DNA of 59,412 bases from a virus (IMGVR_UViG_3300032225_001111:1-59412), one strand, 5' to 3'; shown: positions 9,904 through 20,133, numbered from the stretch's first letter. Made by a program: numbers and translations. The notes: generated by a model not told the origin, from the letters alone.

Positions 9904-10144
9904 CCTAAAGGCGGGGTTGGAAAATCTTTTAGATAACCCAAATGTTTTCGATCCAACAGAATGTTTTGTTGGTCAAATAATCTCGCATCTAAGTCTTGAT
10001 GAAGCGCAATTGTTGAAAACCGCGCTCGCTGATAAACGAATCCGTCACGTCGATCTTGTTCGATTATGTGAAGCAGAAGGTTACAAAATGAGTGAAGCAA
10101 CAATGCGCCGACATCGAGCGCGTGGTTGTAGGTGCGATCAATGA
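9770..10144 (+). CDS. Hypothetical HTH-like/Cys-containing protein; true start probably after 9900
   Basis: C-terminal SEATMRRHRARGCRC; the 5' part overlaps the Com-like gene, so the start is uncertain. Confidence 0.55.
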   Translation: MLTDGGLIVTKRLSAGAVDESLRNTLQSRIASNVQDAKQSTNTFSLKAGLENLLDNPNVFDPTECFVGQIISHLSLDEAQLLKTALADKRIRHVDLVRLCEAEGYKMSEATMRRHRARGCRCDQ

Positions 10145-11340
10145 GTTTTGCTGATCGTGTAAATCGATTAGTTGAAGATACAGAGGAAGAAGCACTCAAA
10201 CCGCCCACGCGTGAAAAACAAGCCCAATGGCGCGAAGGTGTTGAATGGAATGGCACAGAAGGCTTTATCACAACAGGAGTATTAGAAGGCGAACTAAGCC
10301 CTAGTTGGGATGGTGTATTACGCATCTGGGGTCTTGATCCCGAGCAATTTATGGTTGTTGAACCAGTTTTATTCAACGTATGGGGCGATCCATTAGGCAC
10401 AGTTCAACGTCAATGGAAAGGCAAAGTTGTTCGCAAACAAGCGCAAGATGATTTTTATGATCTTGACGTGTTGAAAGAGGAAATCAAAAAACACAAACCT
10501 AAGAAAGTTTTGCCCCTTATGGGCGAAGGTGTTTTCAACGTTGTTCTTGCAGATTGGCAATTGGGTAAGCCCGAAGGCGGCGGTAGTAAAGCAACTGCGC
10601 AACGTGTTTTAGATTCGATCGATGCTGTTCTTGGTCGCGTTGAAGAATTGAAAAGACTCAAACGACCATTAGGAACACTTCAAATTATTTGGACAGGCGA
10701 TAGCGTTGAAGGGTGCATCGGTCACTATGAGATGCAGACATTTGGTACAGACCTTGATCGGCGAGCGCAAGTCAACGCAGTTCGAACATTATTGCTACAA
10801 GCAATCAAAACATGGTCGCCTTACTTTGAGAAAGTGCGTATAGTTGCAGTTGGGGGAAATCATGGCGAGAATCGATCAGCAAAAGGAAAAGCCTATACTA
10901 CCCTTGCGGACAATGATGATCTTGCAGTTATTGACCAAGTCAGAGATGTCCTTGAGTTCAACCCCGAAACCTATGGTCATGTTCAAACGATTATTGCGCC
11001 TGATCATCTTACAGTTACGATCGAAACGGCGGGGTGGATTTTAGGTTTGACTCATGGTCATACAGCGCGTGAAACAGGATCGGCTGAGGCAAAGATAAAG
11101 TCATGGCTATCTCGAATGGCACTTGGTCGTCAACCTATTGGCGAGTGTGACATTTTAGTGACAGGTCACTATCACCATTTACGTCAAGCGGATTGGGGTT
11201 CAGTTCAATGGCTACAAGCACCAGCACTAGATGGGGGATCGGAATGGTTCAGATTGATCAGGGGAGAACAGAGCGCGGCGGGAGTTCTGACGTTCGCGAC
11301 ATACCCCGAAGCGAAAGTGAAGGATCTGCAAGTCCTATGA
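10141..11340 (+). CDS. Calcineurin-like metallophosphoesterase
   Basis: DWQLG, GDSVEG, GGNHGE, HGH and GHYHH motifs. Confidence 0.85.
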   Translation: MSFADRVNRLVEDTEEEALKPPTREKQAQWREGVEWNGTEGFITTGVLEGELSPSWDGVLRIWGLDPEQFMVVEPVLFNVWGDPLGTVQRQWKGKVVRKQAQDDFYDLDVLKEEIKKHKPKKVLPLMGEGVFNVVLADWQLGKPEGGGSKATAQRVLDSIDAVLGRVEELKRLKRPLGTLQIIWTGDSVEGCIGHYEMQTFGTDLDRRAQVNAVRTLLLQAIKTWSPYFEKVRIVAVGGNHGENRSAKGKAYTTLADNDDLAVIDQVRDVLEFNPETYGHVQTIIAPDHLTVTIETAGWILGLTHGHTARETGSAEAKIKSWLSRMALGRQPIGECDILVTGHYHHLRQADWGSVQWLQAPALDGGSEWFRLIRGEQSAAGVLTFATYPEAKVKDLQVL

Positions 11341-11630
11341 TGACTCCGCAAGACATTGCCGACTATGCGGTTTCATTAGTGAGTGGTGATCGTCAAAATG
11401 ATTACGGACACCCAATCGATGACTTTACACGCGCTGGAAAAATTTGGGAAGCAATCTTAGGATTTCCAGTATCGGCAGAACAAGTTGCTTTGTGCATGGT
11501 AGGCGTAAAAATTGCTCGCGAAGTCAACAGACAAAAAATTGATAACACGATCGATGGCATCGGTTACTTCCTAACGCTAAGTATGGTGCAACAAGAACGC
11601 GCCGAGCGGGAAAAACGATCAACCGAATGA
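11337..11630 (+). CDS. DUF6378-like protein (possible nucleotide pyrophosphohydrolase fold)
   Basis: GDRQNDYGHP..F.R...W...VALCM..VKIAR...D.IGY; ATGA overlap. Confidence 0.75.
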   Translation: MMTPQDIADYAVSLVSGDRQNDYGHPIDDFTRAGKIWEAILGFPVSAEQVALCMVGVKIAREVNRQKIDNTIDGIGYFLTLSMVQQERAEREKRSTE

Positions 11631-11728
11631 TAGTCTTGACCCTGAAAGTGTCCTCAGAGACCTCAGCCGATACCGAGTCCTAGTGACCCTTGCGGTACTG
11701 AGGTCTTTTATGCCCTAAGGAGGCTGAA
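11628..11728 (+). promoter_or_regulatory. Tail-operon promoter and structured 5' leader with tandem GWGWCC sites
   Basis: TG-A-TAGTCT extended -10; stems AGACCTCAG/CTGAGGTCT and TACCG/CGGTA; AAGGAGG SD. Confidence 0.65.
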
Positions 11729-11968
11729 ATGGCTCAGTATCGTGTATTGGCTGGAATTGATTACCCGCCGAACAAACGCGCAGAAATTGGCGAGATCGTG
11801 ACCGATCTTCCCGGAAGCGCGATCAAAAGTCTTTTAGAAATTGGCGCAATTGAATCACTCGATGGCAAAAAAGCAGAGCCAGTAATTGAAGCAACCCCTG
11901 CGCCTGTTGAGGAAACACCTGCCCCAGTTGTAGAAGAAACAACAACAACAGAAGAAGCGGGTGAATAA
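11729..11968 (+). CDS. Small acidic tail-module protein
   Basis: Strong SD; coupled to the tail tube gene. Confidence 0.75.
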   Translation: MAQYRVLAGIDYPPNKRAEIGEIVTDLPGSAIKSLLEIGAIESLDGKKAEPVIEATPAPVEETPAPVVEETTTTEEAGE

Positions 11969-12696
11969 TGCCAACATTTCGTCACGGCAAAAATACCGTT
12001 GTTGCGATCAATGGATTCGACGCAACAACATTTTTCAATGATGCAACATCAACACGTATGATCGACACAGCAGAAACAACAGCATTTGGTTCAACTGCAA
12101 AGACCTACATTGCCTCTTTGCGCGATGGCACACTAAGCCTCAAAGGAATGTATGACGGCTCAACAGGTGCAGTCGATGAAGTATTCGCTGGCATTGCTGG
12201 TTCAACAACCGACGCAGTAGTTACAGTCGGTCTTGAAGGATCAACAGTTGGAACAGCATGTCACATGGTCGGTGCGATCGAAACAAATTATGAAGTTTCA
12301 GCAGTCGTAAGCGATCTCGTCAAGATTTCCGCCGATTTCCAAGGAGACGGCGGCTTAGATAGTGGAAAGATTTTACAATCTGGAACTATCTCAACAGCAA
12401 CGACAACTCTCGGAACAGCAGTCGACAACACAACATCTTCCGCTAATGGTGGTGTTGGACATGTTCATGCAACCGCGAATACTCGTTCAGGCACAACACA
12501 GTTAAAAATCCAGCATTCAACAGACAACTCAACATGGGTTGATCTTGTTACTTTTACTGGAATTGCAACAACCATAACAAGCGGAGAACGCATTGTTTTG
12601 GCGTCAGGCACAACCGTGAATCGTTATGTTCGTTCGAACATTACGACAAGCGGAACAGGAAGTATAACTACTAGCATCGCGTTTGCGCGGAGGTAA
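11968..12696 (+). CDS. Tail tube-like protein 1 with C-terminal extra beta domain
   Basis: MPTFRHGKN...TAETTAFGSTAK.Y shared with 12702..13118. Confidence 0.75.
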   Translation: MPTFRHGKNTVVAINGFDATTFFNDATSTRMIDTAETTAFGSTAKTYIASLRDGTLSLKGMYDGSTGAVDEVFAGIAGSTTDAVVTVGLEGSTVGTACHMVGAIETNYEVSAVVSDLVKISADFQGDGGLDSGKILQSGTISTATTTLGTAVDNTTSSANGGVGHVHATANTRSGTTQLKIQHSTDNSTWVDLVTFTGIATTITSGERIVLASGTTVNRYVRSNITTSGTGSITTSIAFARR

Positions 12697-12701
12697 AATA
12701 A

Positions 12702-13118
12702 ATGCCAACATTTCGTCATGGTAAAAATGCAACATTCAAGATCGGATCTTCGGGAACTCCAGGAACAGTAGTAGACATTTCCGCTGGTCTGACAGATGTT
12801 ACATTTCCACGTTCTATCGAAACTGCTGAAACAACAGCGTTCGGGTCAACAGCAAAATCTTATGTAGTCGGGCTACAGGATGCAACTATCAGCATCTCAG
12901 GCACATTCGACTCAACATTTGATGCACAACTAGCAGGACTTGCTGGTGTGGATACTGTTTCATTCGAATACTCACCAGCAGGAACTACAACTGGATACAT
13001 CAAGTATTCAGGCACTTGTGTAATGACATCTTATGAGGTTTCATCTACAGTTGGTGACGTAGTAAAAGCAAAAGCAGATTTCCAAGTAACTGGCGCGATC
13101 ACTCGCGGCACTAACTAA
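12702..13118 (+). CDS. Major tail tube protein
   Basis: ETTAFG..AKSYV.GLQD...Y.G...MTSYEVS..VGDVV tube pattern; precedes the chaperone. Confidence 0.8.
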   Translation: MPTFRHGKNATFKIGSSGTPGTVVDISAGLTDVTFPRSIETAETTAFGSTAKSYVVGLQDATISISGTFDSTFDAQLAGLAGVDTVSFEYSPAGTTTGYIKYSGTCVMTSYEVSSTVGDVVKAKADFQVTGAITRGTN

Positions 13119-13179
13119 TCTGATCACAACTAAATAAAATCAAACTTCGAGTCCTCGAGACCCAACTAAGGAGAGCAAC

Positions 13180-13566
13180 GTGTCCCTAAGAGACCAAATT
13201 CTAAACAAGCAAGACATTCCATCAGAGATCGTAAAGATCAAAGAGTGGGATACAGAAGTCAAAGTTCAAGGTATGACTGGCGCAGAGCGCACAAGAATTC
13301 TTGATCTTGCCATGCAAGAAGGCGATGGAGTAATGAACCTGCAAATGGTTTATCCAGAAATCGTCATTAGCACAGCGTTTGATCCTGAAACAGGAGAACA
13401 GATTTTTACTCCTACCGATCGAGCCGCGTTGCTCTCCAAATCAGCAGTAGCACTAGACCGACTTGCAACAGTTGGTATGCGTCTATCAGGTTTTACACAA
13501 GACACCGCAGACGCATTGGGAAAAGACTCGTCCGAAACGGTTATCGAAGATTCGTCTTTGAACTAG
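13180..13566 (+). CDS. Tail assembly chaperone (gpG-like)
   Basis: Lies between tube and tape measure genes; GGGAAAA slippery site near the 3' end. Confidence 0.85.
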   Translation: MSLRDQILNKQDIPSEIVKIKEWDTEVKVQGMTGAERTRILDLAMQEGDGVMNLQMVYPEIVISTAFDPETGEQIFTPTDRAALLSKSAVALDRLATVGMRLSGFTQDTADALGKDSSETVIEDSSLN

Positions 13567-13706
13567 CGGAAAGATTGGGAAGGACTGTTGATGAATTACT
13601 CAACGGCAGTCCTTCCCATAACCCAATTTCGGCAGTAGAACTTTCCGAATGGGAAGCGTTAGAAAAACTCCGCGTCTGGGAACAGGAACAGGCAAATAAA
13701 CGATAG
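13518..13706 (+). other. Programmed -1 frameshift and gpGT extension
   Basis: G GGA AAA at 13518-24 in the correct phase; the -1 frame reads RLVRNGYRRFVFELAERLGRTVDELL...ELSEWEAL... to TAG 13706. Confidence 0.85.
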
Positions 13707-13716
13707 GCGGTGAACG

Positions 13717-16700
13717 ATGGCAGACTATGAAGTAAAAGGCAGGATGACGTTAGACTCAACGTCATTTGTTGCGTCTGCTGATCGTGCTTCCGCAGCACTC
13801 AATAATGTAAATAATTACAGTCTCACAAGCGCGATTCGTTTTTCACTCTTGCGTCGTGCCGCATTAGGCGCAGCATTAGCAGTTGGTGGCATTGGTGCGG
13901 CAGGTATCAAAGCCGCATCTGACTATCAGCAAGCGGACATTGCATTTACAACAATGCTTGGTTCAGCAGAAAAATCAACAGCGTTCCTCAAAGACATGCG
14001 CGACTTTGCCGCCGCAACACCATTTGAATTACCACAACTCTTACAAGGCGCTCGCCGCTTGATGGCTATGGGATTTGCCGCAGAAGAAGTAAAGCCGATG
14101 TTGACAGCCGTTGGCGATGCCGCATCAGGTTTAGGCGTTGGCGCAGAAGGCATTGATCGAATTACTCTTGCTCTTGGTCAAATGAAAGCAAAAGGCAAAG
14201 TATCAGGCGAAGAAATGCGTCAGTTGGCTGAGGCGGGTGTGCCAGCATGGCAATACCTTGCACAAGCAACAGGCAAAACAACAGCCGAAATGATGGCATT
14301 GGGTCAAAAAGGTGCAATTCCAGCAGAACAAGCAATTGCTGTTTTGACATACGGCATGGAAAACGGCATTGGAACAGCGCGTGGTTTTGCTGGCATGATG
14401 GATAAACAGTCACACACTATGGCGGGTCTTGCATCTACGATCAAAGACAATTTGCGTAACGCCTTCGTTGACTTCTTCAATGCTAATTTTGAAAAACAAT
14501 TCACAGGAATGTTGGAAAAATTTGCGCCAGTCGCAGGAACAATGCTTCAAAATGTTCTCAAAGTTGTAACAACATTCATTCTAAAATTTGGTCAAATACT
14601 TGGCGGGATCATGACGATCATCAAACCGCTATTTCAAGATTTCCTAATCCCTGCGTTCAAAATTGCAGGTGGGGCGATTTACATTGTAGTTTCGGCGTTT
14701 GCGGCTCTTGGTTCAATGATGATGAAGCATCAAGGAGTAATCAAAGCAATTGTTGACGTAGTCGGTTTGCTTGCCGTTGCATACGGCGCACTCTACGTCG
14801 GTGCAAAACTTCAACTTGGTCTACAAGCATTGCAAGTTGCGTGGGGCAAACTCGTTGTCATGTGGCAAAACAGACAAACGATCGCAACTACAACATTGAC
14901 AGCGGCTCAACGCTTACTCAATTTGACAATGGCTTTCAACCCTATTGGTTTAGTTATTGCCGCAATTGCATTGCTTGTTGGTGGATTTATGCTCTTATGG
15001 AAACATTCCGAAGGCTTCCGCAAAATTATGATTTCTATTGGCAAAGTAGGCATTGATGTATTTGCCTTCATACTAAGAGCGGCTGGCGTTTATGCCGAAG
15101 GTCTTGTGAACATAATTACAGGTCCACTCAAGTTATTCCTAAAATTGCTTTCATTTATTAGCCCTGACGCAAAGAAAGCCTACGACGGACTTTCAGTTAT
15201 GACAAAGGGCGTAGGTAAGTTTTTTGATGATGCCGCAACAAAGGTTGAAGGATTCAAGGGCAAACTTGATTCAATGGGTAAGACAGCGGTTCAAGTAAAA
15301 GACAAAGTAGCGACTAAAAAAACAACACCAAAGGGCAAAGTTCCTACGATCGATTTTGGTGCAGGTAATTCAGCCGCCGCACAAAATAAAGCCGATACCC
15401 TTGCTGGTCAAGTTCAAGACCTCAAAGATGGTTTGAAGGCATACAACGACTTTATCAAAAATGACTTCATAACTGGATTCTTGCAAGATTCAACAAGTGC
15501 GCGAGATGCTGTTATGAAAGGTCTTGACGAAGTAAAGAAAGTATTTGATCTCAAAGCAAAGATGCTTTCAGGTAAAGCCCTTACTGACTTGAATAACGCA
15601 TGGAACAAACTTGATGAAACAGTACGCGCATTTATTCCACAAGCAATGGCAACTGCCGCGGCACTCGAACAAGTCAACAAAGATTTAGATGCGGCAAATA
15701 AAGCATTAGAAAAAGCAATTCAAGATCGAACAGAAGCAGTTGCTAAATTTACAGCGATGCTTCGCAATCCATTTGGTGAGCCTAGCGAAATTCAAAAGGC
15801 ATTAGGTTCGGCATCATCAACTGTTGACTCGATCATTAGCATGTATGACAGTTTGGTTGAAACAATCAATCAGCGTTACTCAGGTCTTGATCAATCAGGT
15901 AAGAACGCGCTTATTTCAGCACTTACTGATCAAACAGCAAGCCTTGTCAAACTTTCAAAAGAACGTGACAACCTTATTCAAACACTTGATGATCAAAAGA
16001 AAAAACTTGAAGACATTTTGAACGCACAAGCGTCTTTCAAGACAAGCGTGACTGGTTCATTGCGTGACTTCGTAACCGCGCTCGCCGATCTTTCAAAGGG
16101 TGATTCGTCAACAACGATCAAGGTGATCAAGACAGCATCAGGGCTTGTAGTCACTCAAATGCAACAGGCAACAAGCGGTGTTGACACGATCACAACCCAA
16201 CTCAAAGATCGACTTTCACAAGTCACAGCATTCGCTAACAACATCAATTCTTTGCTCACACGCGGTCTAAGCAAGGAATACATTGCACAACTTCTTGCCG
16301 CAGGACCCGAAGCCGCCGCATCAACCGCCGCACTTCTCGCGTCTGCTGGCGATGATCAGATTGCTCAAATCAATTCGCTTTACACCCAAGTTGATGCACT
16401 TACATCAACATTCGGTGATCAAATGGCAACCAGTTACTACGATCAAGCGGTCAAAGCACAAGAGGCATTGATTAAGGGAACACAAGATAAATTAGATGCG
16501 GTCAAAGCACAAATGGATTCGATCACAGCATCGGTTACAGCATCACTTCAACCTCTTGCGAGCCTTGGCACAAATCTAGGAAACGATCTTGCACAAGGAT
16601 TAGTTGATTCATTGACTAAGCGTAAGGCTGAATTGATCGCATTGGCAGAATCAATTGCGGCGGCTATTAGTGCGGCAATGGCGGCGGCACTTTCATCTAT

Positions 16701-17226
16701 TGGTGTTTCAGGCGCATCAACATACGTTCCATCAGGCGGCGGTAGCAATGTTGTTCCTTTGCCTGATGTAATCCCTAATCCCGATGTAGTTCCAACTCCT
16801 GATACAGGCGCAAAAACACAAACAGTTCCACTTGTGGAACAACAGAAAGCCGCTTCATCTGCGCTAACTAAATACACTATCAAGGCTGGCGATACTTTAT
16901 CTGCTATTGCTAAGGCTAATGGCGAGTCACTTACACAACTTCTAAAAGACAACCCAGTATTTACATCTAATCCTAAGTATCAAAATGGAAACATGATCTG
17001 GGCTGGTGGCACAGTAAAAATTGCAAGTCCTGCCGCCGCAGCCGCTCCAACACCATCTTCTATTTTCTCTCAAAGTGCTAAACTAAATGAAGGTCCATCT
17101 TCATCTTCCACCAACAATAATGTGAATGTTACGATTAACACGACTCAACCAGTTGATTCAGCAACAGTCGAGGCTTCAATGGCTAGAATCCTACGCAATA
17201 CAGGAAGTGCGAGGTTTGCTGAATAA
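13717..17226 (+). CDS. Tape measure protein with C-terminal LysM domain
   Basis: 1169 aa; FAAATPF...LGQM.AKGKVSGEEMRQLAE tape-measure motif; YTIKAGDTLSAIA...NP...IWAGGTVKI LysM. Confidence 0.92.
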   Translation: MADYEVKGRMTLDSTSFVASADRASAALNNVNNYSLTSAIRFSLLRRAALGAALAVGGIGAAGIKAASDYQQADIAFTTMLGSAEKSTAFLKDMRDFAAATPFELPQLLQGARRLMAMGFAAEEVKPMLTAVGDAASGLGVGAEGIDRITLALGQMKAKGKVSGEEMRQLAEAGVPAWQYLAQATGKTTAEMMALGQKGAIPAEQAIAVLTYGMENGIGTARGFAGMMDKQSHTMAGLASTIKDNLRNAFVDFFNANFEKQFTGMLEKFAPVAGTMLQNVLKVVTTFILKFGQILGGIMTIIKPLFQDFLIPAFKIAGGAIYIVVSAFAALGSMMMKHQGVIKAIVDVVGLLAVAYGALYVGAKLQLGLQALQVAWGKLVVMWQNRQTIATTTLTAAQRLLNLTMAFNPIGLVIAAIALLVGGFMLLWKHSEGFRKIMISIGKVGIDVFAFILRAAGVYAEGLVNIITGPLKLFLKLLSFISPDAKKAYDGLSVMTKGVGKFFDDAATKVEGFKGKLDSMGKTAVQVKDKVATKKTTPKGKVPTIDFGAGNSAAAQNKADTLAGQVQDLKDGLKAYNDFIKNDFITGFLQDSTSARDAVMKGLDEVKKVFDLKAKMLSGKALTDLNNAWNKLDETVRAFIPQAMATAAALEQVNKDLDAANKALEKAIQDRTEAVAKFTAMLRNPFGEPSEIQKALGSASSTVDSIISMYDSLVETINQRYSGLDQSGKNALISALTDQTASLVKLSKERDNLIQTLDDQKKKLEDILNAQASFKTSVTGSLRDFVTALADLSKGDSSTTIKVIKTASGLVVTQMQQATSGVDTITTQLKDRLSQVTAFANNINSLLTRGLSKEYIAQLLAAGPEAAASTAALLASAGDDQIAQINSLYTQVDALTSTFGDQMATSYYDQAVKAQEALIKGTQDKLDAVKAQMDSITASVTASLQPLASLGTNLGNDLAQGLVDSLTKRKAELIALAESIAAAISAAMAAALSSIGVSGASTYVPSGGGSNVVPLPDVIPNPDVVPTPDTGAKTQTVPLVEQQKAASSALTKYTIKAGDTLSAIAKANGESLTQLLKDNPVFTSNPKYQNGNMIWAGGTVKIASPAAAAAPTPSSIFSQSAKLNEGPSSSSTNNNVNVTINTTQPVDSATVEASMARILRNTGSARFAE

Positions 17227-18749
17227 TGGCAGTCACAACAATTGTTCCAGACGCAACAGTTTCGGGCGCATCGCTCTTTCAGTTAGTCGGCGGCGCGGCA
17301 ACAGTTCACGCATCGATCAATGATGGTTCAGATGCTACATACATTCAGAAACAAGCGGCGGTTGTAGGACAAGCAGACGCAATCGTTGATTTTGGAACTT
17401 TTACTCTTACATCAAGTCAAATTATCAAACAAGTTCGTCTACGCGCTCGCGTTTCAACACCAACAACTGCTGGCAAGATCAACGTCTATTTAGGCGCACG
17501 TCTTAGCAATCAAAACTATTTCTTCTCGGGTCTTGCAATAAGTGGTCAGTTTACGTCAGCAACGACTTTTACAGGACCTTATTACAACTCCGCACCTGAT
17601 GGATCGGCTTGGACACAAACTGCCCTCAATAACCTTCGTGCCAAGATTTCTGAGTATCGCGACACAGGAGTTCTAGGCAAAATTTATGAACTCTACATCG
17701 ATGTTGATGTTGCAACTAAACCAACAGTCACAGTCACTTTGCCAACAGGATCAGTCGGTTCAACAACCACACCTGACGTTTCTTGGACATACGCTGACTC
17801 AGTAGATAACACAACTCAAAATTACTACCAAATCAAAGTATTTACTGCCGCTCAATACGGCGCGGCAGGATTTAGCCCAACAACTTCAACTGCTGTTTAT
17901 GATTCAGGGCAAATTGCATCATCTGACTCAAACGCAGTTGTTGGTTCATTACTCGTAACAGGTGCTTATCGTTGCTATGTTCGTGGCGCAAAAGACATCA
18001 ATGGTTCGCCGTTTTGGTCAGATTGGGCGTTTCAGTCATTCAGCGAAAGTTATTCAGCACCATCAGCACCAACAATGGCAGTTGCATGGACAGCAACTTT
18101 TGGTTACGCAACATTCACTCTTACAGGAGTTGCCGCAGGGTATTCAAGTTTATTTTATCAAGTAGAACGATCAGATGATTTAGGCGTTACTTATTCAACG
18201 ATCGATCTTGGAACAGCAGTTACATCAACCGCTGGGACTGGCATAACTTACGATTATGAAGCCCCTCGTGGAATCACAGCGTATTACCGCGCTCGAACAG
18301 TAGGCGTTGATGCAAACGGCAACCAGTTCCCATCGGCTTATTCAACAATTCAGCAAGTATTGATTACAAACGATTCAACTTGGTGGTTCAAAGTGCCTGA
18401 CAAGCCTTCATTGAATACAGGGTCAATTCGAGTATTGCAACAAATTGATACTACGATCGAAGAACCAACAACAACCTTTAGACCCCTTGGCTCTTATTAC
18501 CCTGTTGTTGTTGCTGGTCCAATTCAAGGCGAAGACGGCACATACGAAATCATGACAATTACAGAAGCCGAATGGACAGCACTCAAAGCGATCATGAAAT
18601 TTCAAGGCACTTTGCTTGTTCAAGACCCATTTGGTAATCAAAAATACATTCGAGTCATTGACCGCACATGGCAAGCAAGCACAGTCAATGGAATTATTCA
18701 TCGTGACATCAAATTGAAGTATGTTGAAGTGAATGGACACCCTGACTAA
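17226..18749 (+). CDS. Minor tail protein (distal-tail-like, with Ig/FN3-like domains)
   Basis: Follows tape measure; DYEAP.G...YYRAR motif. Confidence 0.7.
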   Translation: MAVTTIVPDATVSGASLFQLVGGAATVHASINDGSDATYIQKQAAVVGQADAIVDFGTFTLTSSQIIKQVRLRARVSTPTTAGKINVYLGARLSNQNYFFSGLAISGQFTSATTFTGPYYNSAPDGSAWTQTALNNLRAKISEYRDTGVLGKIYELYIDVDVATKPTVTVTLPTGSVGSTTTPDVSWTYADSVDNTTQNYYQIKVFTAAQYGAAGFSPTTSTAVYDSGQIASSDSNAVVGSLLVTGAYRCYVRGAKDINGSPFWSDWAFQSFSESYSAPSAPTMAVAWTATFGYATFTLTGVAAGYSSLFYQVERSDDLGVTYSTIDLGTAVTSTAGTGITYDYEAPRGITAYYRARTVGVDANGNQFPSAYSTIQQVLITNDSTWWFKVPDKPSLNTGSIRVLQQIDTTIEEPTTTFRPLGSYYPVVVAGPIQGEDGTYEIMTITEAEWTALKAIMKFQGTLLVQDPFGNQKYIRVIDRTWQASTVNGIIHRDIKLKYVEVNGHPD

Positions 18750-19897
18750 TGTATGCCGCAAGCGCGGCGTTCAAAGCCGAAGTTAGAAAAAGTCATACCT
18801 CTGTTGCTATTGCCGAAGTATGGAACGCAGATCGTAAATTAGCGACCCTTGCTATTGATAAAGGTCGTGTAGCAGTAAGCACAAGCAACACAATTCGACG
18901 CACTTGCGAAATTCATTTGACCACTGATCGCACAATAGCAAACCTTGTTCCCACAACAGGTTTTGACAACATCACTCCTTTTGGCAATGAGTTGAAACTC
19001 TTTCGGGGTATCAAATACCTTGACGGCACTACTGAATACATACCACTAGGCGTATTTGCTATTACAGATGTAATGATCAAAGATACTAACAATGGTGTTG
19101 AAATGAGTATTCAAGGTCAAGATCGATCACTTTACATTCAACGCGCTCGCTGGTCACAGCCTTACCAAATGCTTTCAACAACTCTTGAAGCATCAATTAC
19201 TGCAATGCTTCAATACGTCTACCCAAATACCACAACAAACTTTCCAACTACAAACGTTACGGTTCAGCAAATTGTTTTTGGGGCAGATAACTCAAATGAC
19301 CCTTGGTCTGACGCAGTAAGCCTTGCCGCTTTAGTTGGTTATGATCTTTTCTTTGACGTTACAGGCGTTGCCGTATTGAAGAAGTTTCCTGACACATCAA
19401 CCGCGTCAGTCGCCGCGACCTATGTTGAAGGCAAAAATACTTTGATCACAGCAATTGATCGCACGATCAGTTCTAAAGATACATTCAATGGAGTTATCTA
19501 CACAGTATCAGGATCAAAGATAACTACTCCAATTCGTGTTGAAGTATGGGATGAAGATACAACTTCCCCAACTTATCGCTATGGCGTATTTGGTCAAGCC
19601 CCAACATTTATCAATTCAAGTGTTTTACAGACTACGGCTGAGGCAACCGCCGCCGCTACGGCACTCCTTTATACATACATAGGCGCACAGGAACAGATCA
19701 ACTGGATTTCGCTTGTCGACCCTTGCCTTGATGCAAACGATGTTGTTTATGTTGCAACAAATGGGTCTAAAGTCAGCCGCCTATTGATCATTGATGCAAT
19801 TGACATTCCATTAGAATCATCAGGGACAATGAACGCAACTGCTCGCACAGTTCGCTATTTGAACGCCTCAGACACAGTAACGGTAGGTACTTCATAA
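18749..19897 (+). CDS. Baseplate hub/minor tail protein (DUF5047-like)
   Basis: IRRTC, TPFGNEL...RG, E.IPLGVF, G.DRS motifs. Confidence 0.7.
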   Translation: MYAASAAFKAEVRKSHTSVAIAEVWNADRKLATLAIDKGRVAVSTSNTIRRTCEIHLTTDRTIANLVPTTGFDNITPFGNELKLFRGIKYLDGTTEYIPLGVFAITDVMIKDTNNGVEMSIQGQDRSLYIQRARWSQPYQMLSTTLEASITAMLQYVYPNTTTNFPTTNVTVQQIVFGADNSNDPWSDAVSLAALVGYDLFFDVTGVAVLKKFPDTSTASVAATYVEGKNTLITAIDRTISSKDTFNGVIYTVSGSKITTPIRVEVWDEDTTSPTYRYGVFGQAPTFINSSVLQTTAEATAAATALLYTYIGAQEQINWISLVDPCLDANDVVYVATNGSKVSRLLIIDAIDIPLESSGTMNATARTVRYLNASDTVTVGTS

Positions 19898-20133
19898 TGA
19901 GCATTGAAAACTCTTTCAAAACGATCGTTGCTCGAAATACCCCTTTTGCTATTCAGCATGCCGTAGTGACAGCAAACTCTTTTTCGCCTAACGTTGTCAG
20001 TATTCGGTTGATGGGCGCGACAAACGTTCTCACAGGCATTAGGTATTTGAGTTCGTATAGCCCAACAGTTGGTGACGTTGTGCTTTGCATGATCAACCGA
20101 AACGACATCTTTGTTTTGGGCAAGTTCGCCTAA
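19897..20133 (+). CDS. Small tail-tip protein
   Basis: YLSSYSPTVGDVV...FVLG; synteny. Confidence 0.6.
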   Translation: MSIENSFKTIVARNTPFAIQHAVVTANSFSPNVVSIRLMGATNVLTGIRYLSSYSPTVGDVVLCMINRNDIFVLGKFA

